A DNA stretch of 64,000 bases. Source: Octopus vulgaris (Eukaryota). A program made the translations under genes and the position numbers. The notes below the pieces were generated by a model. It saw only the letters and a program-made list of their open reading frames with translations. It was not told where the DNA came from and made no database searches. The stretch lies in the NCBI GenBank assembly GCA_951406725.2, contig OX597826.1, positions 18,848,001 to 18,912,000 of the forward strand. The letters run 5' to 3'. Shown here in pieces: positions 1-13,169 of the stretch (position 1 is the stretch's first letter; each line of letters begins with the position of its first letter).

Positions 1-217
1 TTAGCAATAAAATTCAGTTCTTTAAAGAATTATATTAAAATTGTATTTTACAAAATTTTATTTTATTTTTGACCAAAATATTGATTTTTAGGATTGTATT
101 CTTTTTAGGAATGTATTCTTCCTTATAAACATTAAGGAGTAATTTGGCTGCTATTTCTTGCTGTACGCATTCTGGCAGCTATTCTAGCAGTTGAGATACC
201 ATGTAGGGACTAAACAC

Positions 218-249
<32 letters not shown>

Positions 250-251
<2 letters not shown>

Positions 252-950
252 CAATTGGACCACATCTGTAGATTATTTTTTAATACGAAACATGACATAA
301 CATTTATGTGACATTGCAATTCTTACACCCGTTTCTGCTGCCAATGTCAGTCAGTGCCTACAAAAGAATTGCAAAAGTAATATTCTTCATCTTTATAGGA
401 TATTCAAACTAGAACATGGAGCTTTATCAAAGTGAATACAAAAGCATCCAAAAAAACAAAAAACAAACAAAAGGAAGAGGGAATAAGAAAGAAAACGTGG
501 CCTAGAGAATAAGCCAAGAGGCCTAATATATTAAAATCATACCATCTTCCATCATAGTGCTTCAAAGTAGGCAAAAGAGGGATCTAGCAATGGTCTAGGA
601 AGAAAATTTATGTGTTATTGCCATATAAAGGGAGAACCAGGATGTTTTAAAAGTTGTGAAAAGAAGTTAGCAAAACAAAAATACAAGAAAATTACTAACA
701 TGTCTAGAAATAAAGCTGTACCTATGTTATCATAAATAGTGCTGGCTGATATTTATCCAAAACGATACCATAGGGTTCTTATGATAGTGTACTTACTGAA
801 ATATTACATAGAACACCACCTCTTGTCCGCAATAGGATAGACCGAAGTCTATTCATCTCTACAATAGGTCAATACCCATACTCATACCCAGAGGTAACAC
901 AGGTAACTGATACCAATAGTAAATATGGATATTTTATCCCTTAGTCAGTT
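250..950 (-). mobile_element. Penelope-like pseudo-LTR fragment (non-coding), diverged relative of the 10230-10680 terminus
   Basis: The reverse complement of 250-510 aligns by eye with 10240-10490 (tctaggccaygttttcttt ... aagatgaagaa ... atgtggtccaat). 890-950 matches 10610-10670 in + orientation (tattttatcccttagt). Confidence 0.65.
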
Positions 951-1033
951 AGATAGATAGATAGATAGACAGACAGACGGACAGACGGACAGATAGACGG
1001 ACAGACAAACGGACAGACAAAAGACAGACAGAC
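951..1033. repeat. (GATA)n/(GACA)n microsatellite
   Basis: Seen directly. Confidence 0.95.
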
Positions 1034-1039
1034 ATATTA

Positions 1040-1960
1040 TTCTTTACCAAGAATTGTATCGACAGTCGAAGTTTTAGACAAGTAAGCCATCATCAGACTG
1101 TGATGCCTTAAGTCTATTTTGGCTTTAGTTAGTCTCTGTTGAGATAAGTTTTACTAGGATTTGTGGGGTTCAGTTAAATGGGAATTAGGGTGTAAGGTGT
1201 GTTGTAATGGAGAGATGTTGTGGAGACAGTTTTATTAATTAAATTTTGGTTATGCTATTGTTCGGAATATATTCATGCATGTAGAACTTTGTAAACAGGT
1301 GTGTATATTAAGGTTGTCAGCTTCAAGTCCTGGGATTGCTTTTTAGCGGTTCACAAAAAAAAAAGAGAATTAGGTAGAGGAAGTATTTTGATCTGGGGTT
1401 ATGCCAATAGATTTAATTATTTTTGGCTTCATTGGATTTAATCCTTTGCTTTAGCAATGTAAATGTCAAAGTTCAAAGTTTAGTGCAGCATTTAAAAACT
1501 TAGTAATTGGTTGTGTCAGCTTTTTTTTTTTTTTTTTTTGTAGTAATGGAATTTTTAAGGGTTCACAAAGAATGTAAGTAGATGGTATGTTTTAGCTAGT
1601 CAGTAAGTTTCTTTACTTGCTGCTGATGGTATATAGGATATTTCTGTTTTGTATTTAGAAGATGAAAGTTATTAGTTGAGCATGTCATGGTGTTATTAGT
1701 ATAGAATTTGCTTATTTTAAGTTTAGATGTTCACAATAAGATGTAGGTAAATGTAAAGGTTATTAGTCTGCATATTTCTCTTTAGGTGTTCATTGTTCTA
1801 TAAGCAATTTGATTAATATGTAGAAACTTTAACTGTTGTGCTTTATGGAGGCAAGGTTTGTTGATTATATTTTCATAAACATTTCTCCAATTCTGTTTCA
1901 GGTCTGAGTATTTCACAATATATATTAGCCCCATGGATATATGTGGAAGTGTGTATATAC
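1040..1960 (-). mobile_element. Highly degraded Penelope-like element 3' fragment with degenerate hammerhead motif at about 1061-1101
   Basis: Minus strand has cccagatcaaaata, resembling the GIY-YIG C-terminal segment near 63370. It also reads acagt-CTGATGA-tggc..gtc-taaaa-cttcg-actgt (stem I acagt/actgt, GAAA mutated). Confidence 0.45.
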
Positions 1961-2046
1961 TCATGTAAATAAATAAGAATGAAAATAAAATTTAATTTTA
2001 ATAATTTATTTAAACATTTAAAATTTTTTTTAATTAAATATATATA

Positions 2047-2450
2047 GGCGCAGGAGTGGCTGTGTGGTAAGTAGCTTGCTTACCAACCACATGGTTCCGG
2101 GTTCAGTTCCACTGCGTGGCATCTTGGGCAAGTGTCTTCTGCTATAGCCTCAAGCCGACCAATGCCTTGTGAGTGGATTTGGTAGACAGAAACTGAAAGA
2201 AACCTGTCGTATATATAATATATATATATATGTGTGTGTATGTTTGTGTGTCTGTGTTTGTCCCCCTAGCATTGCTTGACAACCAATGCTGGTGTGTTTA
2301 CGTCCCTGTCACTTAGCGGTTCGGCAAAAGAGACCGATAGAATAAGTACTGGGCATACAAAGAATAAGTCCCGGGGTCGATTTGCTCGACTAAAGGCAGT
2401 GCTCCAGCATGGCCGCAGTCAAATGACTGAAACAAGTAAAAGAGTAAAGA
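2047..2450 (+). mobile_element. tRNA-derived SINE, family A (about 400 bp, internal TA/TG microsatellite), full length
   Basis: A-box-like tggctgtgtggtaag, B-box-like ggttcagttcc, conserved tail gctccagcatggccgcagtcaaatgactgaaacaagtaaaag. More than 10 copies in the window. Confidence 0.9.
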
Positions 2451-2678
2451 TATTTCTTTATTGCCCACAAGGGGCTAAACATAGAGGGGACAAACAAGGA
2501 CAGACAAAGGGATGAAGTCGATTACATCTACCCCAGTGAGTAACTGGTACTTAATTTATCGACCCCGAAAGGATGAAAGGCAAAGTCGACCTCGGTGGAA
2601 TTTGAACTCACAACGTAGCAGTAGACGAAATACGGCTACACATTTCGCCCGGCGTGCTAAAGCTTCTGCCAGCTCGCC
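2451..2678 (-). mobile_element. tRNA-derived SINE, family B (Nin/Deu-type central domain), inserted in the tail of family A
   Basis: Minus strand has gcctttcatcctttcggggtcgataaattaagtaccag. Flanking repeat gtaaaga at 2444-2450 and 2679-2685. Confidence 0.88.
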
Positions 2679-2771
2679 GTAAAGAGTATATATATCATCA
2701 TCATCACGCCTTCTATGCATGGGTAGGATGGTTTGACAAGAGCTGGCCAGGCAGAAGCCTGCACCAGACTT

Positions 2772-3000
<229 letters not shown>

Positions 3001-3024
3001 TGTATGTTTGTATATACATACCAA

Positions 3025-3137
3025 TAGAAGAAGTGTTTGGACCACAGGTGGTGGGGCTATGTTGAAAAATAAACTTCATTTGGTCACATTGCATGAGAGT
3101 ATCTTAGTCAGCCTATGAACTTTGCAGCCAACCCTCA
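3025..3137 (+). mobile_element. mariner-like transposon 3' end
   Basis: ggggctatgttgaaaaataa resembles a mariner C-terminus (G.YVEK*), followed by a TIR-like end gaactttgcagccaaccctc. Confidence 0.55.
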
Positions 3138-4464
3138 AATTTCCGTTTTTGGAATGTGTTAGATATTATGTTGGAAAGAAAGAGTTTATATGGAGTTGAC
3201 TCTAAACAAATTTAGTTTAGAAAACGAGTGATGACTATCCTCCTTGATAGTTGGAAAGCTTGTATCACAAGACAGTTAGTTGGCTCCAGCTGCTGGCACT
3301 GAAACTAACATGACTCTGTTGGAAGGTAGGTCTAGAGAGGGTGCAGGCTAAAACTACGTGCCCTTCCCCTCCATTGGTCAGTTGAAGCTGAGATTATGTC
3401 ACATGACAGTTAGCTGGCGCTGGCTGCTGGAACCTACCAGCAAGTATTTAAAAGGTACTTTGCCAGGGTAGCCAGTCATTCACTGATATCAAGGAAACCA
3501 AAGAAAAAAACACACTCAACACCAGAGCTGAAGACACTCTGAAAGGGCGGGGCCCTGCCACATCAAAAACAGTAGAGGAGTAGGGACTGAAACTGGATGT
3601 GCTTCCTCCTGATGATGTCCTTAGCCACTGGACCCTATAAAGGAACTGTTGAGGTAGTGAACCATGAAACGTGGTTGGAATTTCTCCTCCAAATGGTTTA
3701 TCCATAAAGATATTGACTTCTTTTGCCTACACTAAAATGCAGTCTACACACTTTTGAAAAAGGAAAATTTATTCTTGATAAGGTTATAGATAAAAATGTG
3801 TTATTGTGCTTGGAGTCAAGAAAGTTGACTCCAAGTGGTATGAACTCAAGGCAGAGGGACTCACAATGAGGATGAAGAATTAGCTTGGTAGCAGTTCAAC
3901 TTCCATTCAGGAAGATAAAATCTTTAAATTAAAATGATCTACCAAAGTTACAAAAGGCAAATTTCCCTCAAAAGTCTACTCTCTTATCTTAAAAAAAGTT
4001 GACAGTCATCGTTCAATTTTCCCTCTTCTTCCACATTTCAACTAATATTTGAATCATTCATTTCAAACTTGAGGAAATAATTTCTTACATAATTACTATG
4101 TTTTATATATCTATGGGGAAATGGAAAAGATCTAGTGACATTAAAATGTTACTCAAAGACATTAACACGACCTCGACTAAAGTGAAAAGCCTTACAACAG
4201 GGAAAGGAGGACATCAAGTTTCGTTCACTGACCTCATTAACCTTTAATGTCGATTAGAAAAGCAACTTCAATAAAATAAATAAAAACAACTTTTAAATAA
4301 CTTGCTGAGAAAAATACAAATGCCCTTTTATTTAAAATACAAACAACTATGTATATATATGTACAATATACGGACACATGTGTATGTACACACACACATA
4401 CACACATATGCATATATATATGTATACACATGTATATGTGTGTATACACACACACACACAACGT

Positions 4465-4612
4465 TGTGTGGTAAGAAGTTTGCTTCCTAACATCATGACT
4501 CAGGGTTCAGTCTCACCTTGGGTAAGTGTCTTCTACTATAGCCTCTCAGACTGACTAAAACCTAGTGAGTGGATCAGGTGGTCAGAAACTAAATTAAGCC
4601 CATTGTATGTGT
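4465..4612 (+). mobile_element. SINE family A, 5' half, degraded
   Basis: tgtgtggtaagaagtttgct ... cttgggtaagtgtcttctactatagcc matches the copy at 2047. Confidence 0.75.
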
Positions 4613-4645
4613 GTGTGTACGAAAGAGAGAGAGAGGGAGAAAGAA

Positions 4646-4722
<77 letters not shown>

Positions 4723-4847
4723 ATCTCCTTGTGATAATGTATAATAGTTGACCAGCGATTAATTCATATATTTGCTTTCTTGTGATTTGCCTTGCATTTA
4801 CTTCGCCTTGTTCTGGCCTTACCCACAGTCCTTTATACCTTTATACA

Positions 4848-4908
<61 letters not shown>

Positions 4909-6265
4909 TATATGTATGTATGTATGTATCATAGCAAAGAAAAAAAGAAATCTGTGTATCAAAAGTATGTGGTCAAATATAAAATGAGTGAGATTTTGTG
5001 AATTGTCCATGTACCATCTGTACTACAACATAGGTTTAGAGATAAAATGACCGTGAGGGGACATGGTATTCTTGAAGGAGCTTAACTGTGTGAGTCTCAA
5101 GTATTGCTTGGGTATGTGAAGGAGAGAGATAAAGTCTCTTCCATCACACACCAAAGCAATAAAGATGAAAAAGGGATTGACACAAAATCAAACCAATTCC
5201 TATTGATATGGCTGTTGTTGGTGTTGTAATAGTGAGTTTGTGTGATGGTATGGGTGATGGTGGCTGTGGTGGTGGTGGTGGTATATGGGGAGGACAAGGA
5301 GGAGGAAGTTGTTTCAAAGCTGCTGTAGTCGTGGCTCTTTTTTGAGAACCAAATATCTGATGAAATTATTGTTCACAAAAGCATTTAATATTTTAAAAAC
5401 AAATTAATTAAGAAATCAATTAAACATCAAAAACCTTTGTTGATGTTTGTTTAAAGACAATTATAGTGGTATGGATATATAATTATGTGTATAAATGAAG
5501 TTTACCAGGTAGATAATGGTCAAGACTGAAGTGGACTGTGTTGATCAGGTGAGAGAGAGAGAGTATTGAGTAACACAGGTGAAATGGCACAGCTTTGAAA
5601 CGCCCACAGAAACCATTATAGATCTCTCTAACTCATTCTAGCATAGGAAATATATATTTTAAGATGATTGTGACGATGATGACTATGATGATGATGGTGA
5701 TGATGATGATGGTAGTGGTTGTGGTTGTGGTGATACTGATGATAATGATGTGATGGAGGAAGGCAGCCAGAAAGTTAGGAGGAAGAGATGTCCAACTGTA
5801 GATTCAGCCATATCTTCCTTTTCCCAAATGTGATTACCATATCTGGTTGTTTTGGTGATGATGATGTGGAATGTGTGTGTGTGCGGGTATGAGGCATACG
5901 TGCATATATAACATACACGCACAATCTATATTATCATCACCATCACCATACATGCATAGTAAATGATGAAATGATCGCTATCAGATGGAATATCAATCCA
6001 GGATCACATGAGCTTAGCCCCGCCCGCCCCCCATGTATAAGGGTGGGGCTGGAGTTATAGATGGTTACTAATACAATTTAAATCAAGTGAATAGTGGGAT
6101 TTTGTGAAAGGGTAATGATAACCAGGATCAATAACACTCCTGTCATCATTCACAGCCAAGTCCTTTCACTATGAAGTATTTCTTTTGTCATGCCACAAAT
6201 GCATTTTGCAAAAGCAGTGGAGGTTTGTTTATTTGTTTCTTGTTGATATGTGTGTGTGTGTATGT

Positions 6266-6297
<32 letters not shown>

Positions 6298-6301
<4 letters not shown>

Positions 6302-6436
6302 CCGAAATTGCGAAGATAATCTGGAACTCAGCTGAGGAAAGAAAACTCCTAATGACCCGTCCTTGTTTTCTTTGTATCGTCTATCTGGATGCTTTGTTGT
6401 CCCTTTGTCTGGATGTTTTACGTTCTTGTCCCATTT

Positions 6437-6440
<4 letters not shown>
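6298..6440 (+). mobile_element. Short Penelope-type terminal fragment (same family as 38590-38760)
   Basis: gaaattgcgaagataatctggaactc ... atgacccgtccttgttttctttgtatc recurs at 38593-38690. Ends in (TA)n. Confidence 0.6.
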
Positions 6441-6486
<46 letters not shown>

Positions 6487-6559
6487 TATAAATATGCATA
6501 CACACACACATATAAATATGCGTACATATATAAATATATATATATATATATGTATAAAT

Positions 6560-9500
6560 AAAATCCAAGAATGGAATAATAGTAAGCTCAGACAAAACAC
6601 GAAACACCTATAACATGAGCATTGTCACTTACCATGAACTTATCCACCATGAAATCCTTAAAAAATATAAAGTAGTCCCTAGGAGTACCCTGAAAACAAT
6701 CAACTTAGAGGTTAAAAAGATTATGTTAGAGTATAATATTGATGACTGGACTGAACCATTTACACCGATTAGACTTCATATAGCTATTAAGAACCATAAA
6801 GATAATTATCTACATAACACCCCGGTCAGATTAATATGCCCCAATAAATCAGATTTAGGTAAGCTTAGCAAAGCAATCTTAGATAAGTATATACCAACCC
6901 TTAAAAAAAAAATTAAATTGGAGTTATGGATAAACACCCAAAGGGCAATAGAATGGTTCTCAAACATAAAATATAAGGACAATCATGAATTTTTGCTAAT
7001 TGACATCCAAAATTATTACTCCTCCATTACCCCACTATCCTAAATAGTACACATATTTTTGCTATGAATTATACTAAGATAAGTAGAAAAGAAATTAACG
7101 TAATACTAACGGCCCGTAAGTCCATTACAGAATTTAATAACAAGTTGTGAGCCAGAAAGACACCCCTGACTTCTTTGATATAACTATGGGAGCCCCAGAT
7201 TCAGCTGAAGTAACTGACCTCATGGGTATTTACCTTTAAGATAACATTTACAAAGAGCTCCCTAAAGTTGTAGGAGGCCTATATAGAGACAATGCACTTT
7301 TCCTTATAAAAACCTCTCCAATAGACACCTTGAATTACTTAAGAAACACCTGCATAAATTCTTCAATAGATTCAGCCTCTCCATTACTATAGAGAATGAA
7401 AACCACTTCATCAACTACTTAGACATTAACTGTGGTTTAAATACAGGTTAACACCAACCTTATATGAAACCTAACTTTAACCATAAGTATATAAACTATC
7501 AAAGTAACCATCCACAATCAGTAAAAAGGGCTTTAATTAGAGGCATTAGCAAAAGGATTTCCTATCTCGCATCTAATGAGGACATATTTAATAGTTAAAA
7601 GGATAAGTACGATAAGGTACTTATGGAGGTGGGCTATAGAGGTAGAATCAAATAGATCCCACACGAACATGTAATGGATAGTAGTAATAACGAAAATACC
7701 AACCGTAACATTACTGCGCGTAACTATACACCCAAGCGATGTAAAAATGCACAGGTAGCAGCAGCAAATGACACTAACATGACCAGATTTAGTAACTGTA
7801 TGAATAACTACATAACAATAGTAACATACTAGGTAGAACTACGAGGGTCAATGGATGCAGAAAAAATAATATCAATAAGCACACCCTCCACAAGGAAACT
7901 ACTGGAAAATTGGGTGATAAGATCTGGTGTATAATCCCTTTTGCAATGCAAATAAGGACAAACTTAGCTAAGCAATTATTCAATTTGTAAACAGACACTT
8001 TGATAAGAATAATAGGTATTCAAATAGAAACAAAAATAGCATCGACGGCGGTATTAATAGAAACAATAGTAATAATAAACACTACCCCAACATTAGTACA
8101 GATTACACTCAGAACCAAAATAACCACTTTAACCTCTATAGAGTTAATCCTACCCAACTAGGAAGCAGTCCCTGCCCCCACAGAATAACCTATGTGACTG
8201 TAGGAACAGGAATAACTGAGCCTTCAGTAATACCTGTAGAATTAAGGATGTTATTTATCAATGCACAGTCACAACACAGTCTAGCAAATTGAGTTACAGA
8301 GGAGCAACCCAAACTGAAATAAAACAAAGACTAGCCAAGCACCAATATTCTTTTAGAAACAGAAACTTAATTAATTCGACAGGTTTAAGTAGGTACATTT
8401 GGGAGCTCAAAGATAATAACACTAGATACACATTAGATTGAGAGATCCTCGCTACTGCACCTTTGTATAATGGAAAAAATAGAAAATGTTACCTTTGCAT
8501 TAATGAAATTTTTTACATTCTAACAGCATGTAATCTGCTAGTGAAGCTGAGAGTTGAACGAAGTGTAGCTTGCCTGCACAAAGGGAGGTCTACTTTCAAT
8601 GAATATAAATAACACTAGGAATACTTATACTGCCCCATAATAGTACTTATAACCCTACAGCATACAAATAGTAGCCCCTGATAGTTTAATGTAGATTATA
8701 TTTCTTACTCCTTTTATAGTTGGTCTTGTTAGAAAAACCGAGGCCCTTGTAGGTAATCAAATAACCCCCTACCCATATCTATAACCTATTTCTTATACGA
8801 ACTAACCTTTCCCCCTTTTTATCATCACCTAACCCCTTGTATTATGCCTTTTATTTCTATCATAACTGATCCAAGAACACAAAGTTCTTAGATTTTCTAC
8901 TATATGGTCTTTTACCCCTATAACCACTTCAAATTTTAACTCTTATTTAAATTTCAATTTTAGATTTTCCCACTTTGCTGGAATTTGGACTCATCTTCGC
9001 TACTAACATATTTTTCTTTCCTCCACTCACTGTTCTTCCCCCATTTTAATGTACATTATTTGCCCTACATATATGTGAACAATATTTCCTCCATGTTTGA
9101 TTTATTCATCCTTTTCATTTTATCTTTATTGTATGTTTATTTTTTATTTTTTACTTTATTGTCCACCAATATTTTTTGCACCCACCTGGAGTCAATATAC
9201 CTTTGTTTATAATTTCAAGGATTAGATTCAATTGGTCTTTCGTTCTTAGGGCATTTGTTACTGCTTTTTAAGCATGTTTAATAAATTATTTGATTTAAGG
9301 TAACTTTTCTTATAGTACTAATCTGCCTTAAGACCCAGTATTAATTGTATCCAAATAATGCCACTATACTCTTTCAAATTGTTTTATAATAATAGGAACT
9401 ATATAACGTTGATGACTCTGTAATGCTTATTAAGCATATTTAGTACGCTATGACGACTAGGGAGTTATTTGATAATATTTCAACATGTGATTTGACCTTA

Positions 9501-10680
9501 AATATTATCCACCTAATTGTATTTGCCTTTTTATTTGTGCATTATAGAGTACCTATAAGATGGGGTTTTTTCTTGCGTACCTGTATATATCTAATTACTA
9601 CCACAATTCGCTATATACAAGGTTAAGCCCAATTTCATTTCTTAGTAGCTTTAATTGAATCTGCTGATTTACCAGTACTAGTTGCCTCCCCTTAACCCCA
9701 ATCCCATGGGTTCCTTCACTCTTCCCTCATGCATGTTATAACATTAAGATGCTGAAGGACATAAACAAACCCACACCACCTATTCATTGACTTCTCCCCT
9801 GGAACTTTTTTCTTTTCTTGTTTATTTTATAAACAAATCCGTTGTAACTTGTGACCTTGGTTCAAATTGCAACTGACCAATTGTAGAGACCGCTGTACTT
9901 AGACCTGCCCCATTGTGGACCATAGGTGGGATTCTTGATATTAATTTCTGTTAGTAAATTTTTTCTTAAGCACCCTACAGTAATCGTTTACTTTTACTTG
10001 AGTTTACTCTGTTAGCATAGGTACTGCCCTTTGATAATCATTTTAGTATTTTCCTTATATACATTTTCTTGATAACTTCATTTTTCAAACATCCTGGCCC
10101 CCACCCCCTCAATTTGCACCTACCCATTAATAAATTGTAGTATTCCCTAGACCATTACTAGCTCACTCTTTTATCTATGGACCCCGTAACCTCAAGAATG
10201 GTAAATTATATGCTTTTAACATATTGGGTTTCTAGACTTTTTGTCTAGGCCATGTTTTCTTTCCTTTTCATTCTTCCCTTTGTTTATATTGTATGCTCTT
10301 GTTTTTTGGCGCTGATGAAGCTCCGTTGCCTTAATTCAGATGCCCTATGAAGATGAAGAACTTTATTCTCGCATTTATTTATAGACAGCATTTTGGTAAC
10401 CAATCAGAAATGGCTGCAAGATATGTTACGTCACCTATTTTGTTATGCTTTGTACTAAGAAATAAGCTATAAATGTGGTCCAATCGATGTGTTGGTTAAT
10501 CTGAGGTTTTCTCCATTTTCTGATATTTGCATTGGTTCCTGATAAACCCTTGTTTATCCTGTAGTTACCTGTACTCTTCGTGCATGGTGTGCCTGCACAC
10601 CAATGTCCAGGGATAATATGGGTAATGGATACCGATAGTATATACGAATATTTTATCCCTTAGTTGGTTATTATAACTGC
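6560..10680 (+). mobile_element. Penelope-like retroelement (Neptune-type), decayed: RT + GIY-YIG pseudogene at about 6615-8610, then a roughly 2-kb 3' region ending in a pseudo-LTR
   Basis: KNHKDNY..PVRLICPNKSDLGKLSKAILD; motif A LIDIQNYYSSIT; motif B FDITMGAPDSAEVTDL; GLYRDN (YRDD mutated); YMKPN..YINYQSNHP; Cys-rich linker CDCRNR; IYQC..SYRGATQTEIKQRLAKHQYSF..STGLSRYIWELKD..CYLCINE. Several stops and frameshifts. Confidence 0.9.
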
Positions 10681-11210
10681 TAACTGTTTACTCTTTATTT
10701 ATATATCATTGTCCAACTCATGTCCAATGTTTGTTCAAACTTTGTACAATCCCTGTATATTACTGGTATGATGTGGAAAACTTCAACAACCTTACAGTAG
10801 AAACAGTTGCAAGAGTTTAGTATTTTTTCACTCATTTATTCATTTATTTATTTTTATTTATCTATTTATTTACTTGTTTATTTGCTATTTCATTTGTTTA
10901 TTTTGATTACTTATATATATGATTGCAATCAATTAATAAATAGATTTAAATGAATGTTTACAGGCTGATGTTTGTTGATTGATTATCCTCTTCGTTTTCT
11001 TATTTGCCTTATAAATTCTGGGTAAATTTCTAATTTTACCCCCACCCATACATAGTATTCAATTGCAATATTGCCCTGCAATAGTAAGCACTTGGATATA
11101 AATACATAGGTATACATCCAATAGTATATTGGATATTTATTATCCCTTAGATGGTTGCTTAACCTCTAACTCATACAGACATATGTGTGTGTGTGTATAT
11201 TTATATATAT

Positions 11211-11246
<36 letters not shown>

Positions 11247-11864
11247 GGGTGAAGGGTAAGAATAGATAGTTATGTACTACACATATTTGTAAAGACTCAC
11301 CAAACAAACATTCTCTAACTTCAAGGTACTACATACATGTTCAGTGTTTGTAGAAAAGTATCCTGAAGGAACATTGAGCACCTGAAATTTATGTAGTATT
11401 TACTAGGTGAGCCTTTTCAAACAAGTGTAATACATAAGCATCTACTCCATTCTCTTCCCCGACAGATTTTTTATTGCATAATATATTGGAAATTGTACAG
11501 TGGCCATCATGTCTGTCTATCTCAATATGAAAGTGTATTGGAAACTTTGATTGATAAACTTTGTTCATAGATTATCATCTAATTTGTGTTGTCTATACAA
11601 ACCTCGTCTTGGCTTAAGGCTAACCAACTGTCTGTACCACAACCATATTGGATCTCACTAATTTATTATCATACACTCACACACACATACACACATACAT
11701 ATTTCTTTCAATATTAGATTTAGTTCACAAGGAATTAGTCAACCAGTGGGAACAAACTCTAAACAACATGATTCCAAAATGAATTCAATAAAGACATAAT
11801 CATGCATATACCTACATCATGCACGTGTGAGTGAGTGTGTGTGTATGTGTGTGTGTGTGTGCGT

Positions 11865-11912
<48 letters not shown>

Positions 11913-12607
11913 CTACATACATGCACACACGCACACATACGTACACACACACATATGTACTCACAAATGTATAATACTGGATTGACTCAACAACCACACT
12001 CTTAGACTCTTCTCAAAAACTAAATCTTGATTTTAAAGTTTGGCTACTTCAAAATTAGTCAAGGCCATTAATCATATCATTCCTACATCATATCATTCCT
12101 ACATCCTCTTTTTCAAGACTATCTTCCCACCCACTTAACCAACATTTATCCCACTACTGCAACCTCTGTTTCCATCATCACCATTAGCATCTTCATCATC
12201 CTCGTCATCTTTCAAGTTCCTGCAACATCCCAGCTGTTTACTGTTGTGATGATATCTCTAAGTGTCTCTATAGACTTTACTCACTCTCAACAGTAATTGT
12301 ACTACAAAAGTTTTTTTAAGTAGGAAGTAACGAAACGAGGGTTTATGTCATAACTCAAGTGTCACCCAGATATTTTAAACAGTGTTTAGTTGATTAATTT
12401 AATGAAAACAAAAATAAAAGCTATGTTTGAACATATGAGATTAAAAGCAATCATCAATAAATATATCTAATTCTTTATTGCTTTTATCAAATTTAAAGTG
12501 TTAATAACAGTTGCGTAAAAAGACAGGACTGTAGCTGGGACATTAATGTAGACATACATGTAGCAAAACATGGTTTTGGTAGAAACAATAATTTTAAAGT
12601 AAATATT

Positions 12608-12820
12608 CTTTTCTACTCTAGGCACAAGGCCCAGAATTTTGGGGGAGGGGGCCAGTCAATTAGATTGACCCCAGTATGCAACTGGTACTTAGTTTATCAA
12701 TCCTGAAAGGATGAAAGGCAAAGTCAACCACAGTGGAATTTGAACTCAGAATGTAAAGACAGATGAAATACCACTAAACAATTTGCCCAGCATGCTAACG
12801 TTTCAGCCAGCTCACAGCCT
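12608..12820 (-). mobile_element. SINE family B
   Basis: Nin-type core. Flanked by taatttyaaagtaaatatt at 12589-12607 and 12821-12839. Confidence 0.88.
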
Positions 12821-12839
12821 TAATTTCAAAGTAAATATT

Positions 12840-13043
12840 GGTTTCAAAATGTGGGCTCAAGACCAGGCCAGGCGTAAGTCAGTTACATTGACCCCAGAGC
12901 TTAGCTGATCCATATTTTATTGACCTCAAAAGGATGAAAGACAAAGTCATCCTCAGTGGAATTTGAACTCAGAACATAAAGATGGATGAAATGCTGCTAA
13001 GCATTTTGTCTGCTGTGCCAGCGATTCTGCCAGTTTGTCACCT
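12840..13043 (-). mobile_element. SINE family B, older copy in tandem
   Basis: aaggatgaaagacaaagtc ... ggaatttgaactcagaac. Flanked by a related repeat at 12821 and 13044. Confidence 0.85.
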
Positions 13044-13169
13044 TAATTTAAAGCAAATATAGCGACAAGACAGTAGCAGAAATAAAAGGGTCGGACTAAC
13101 TGTAAGTACAGGTTTGTGGCAAAAAAATAAAGAAAAATGAATCATAGAGAAATAGTAACCTATTGAGTG

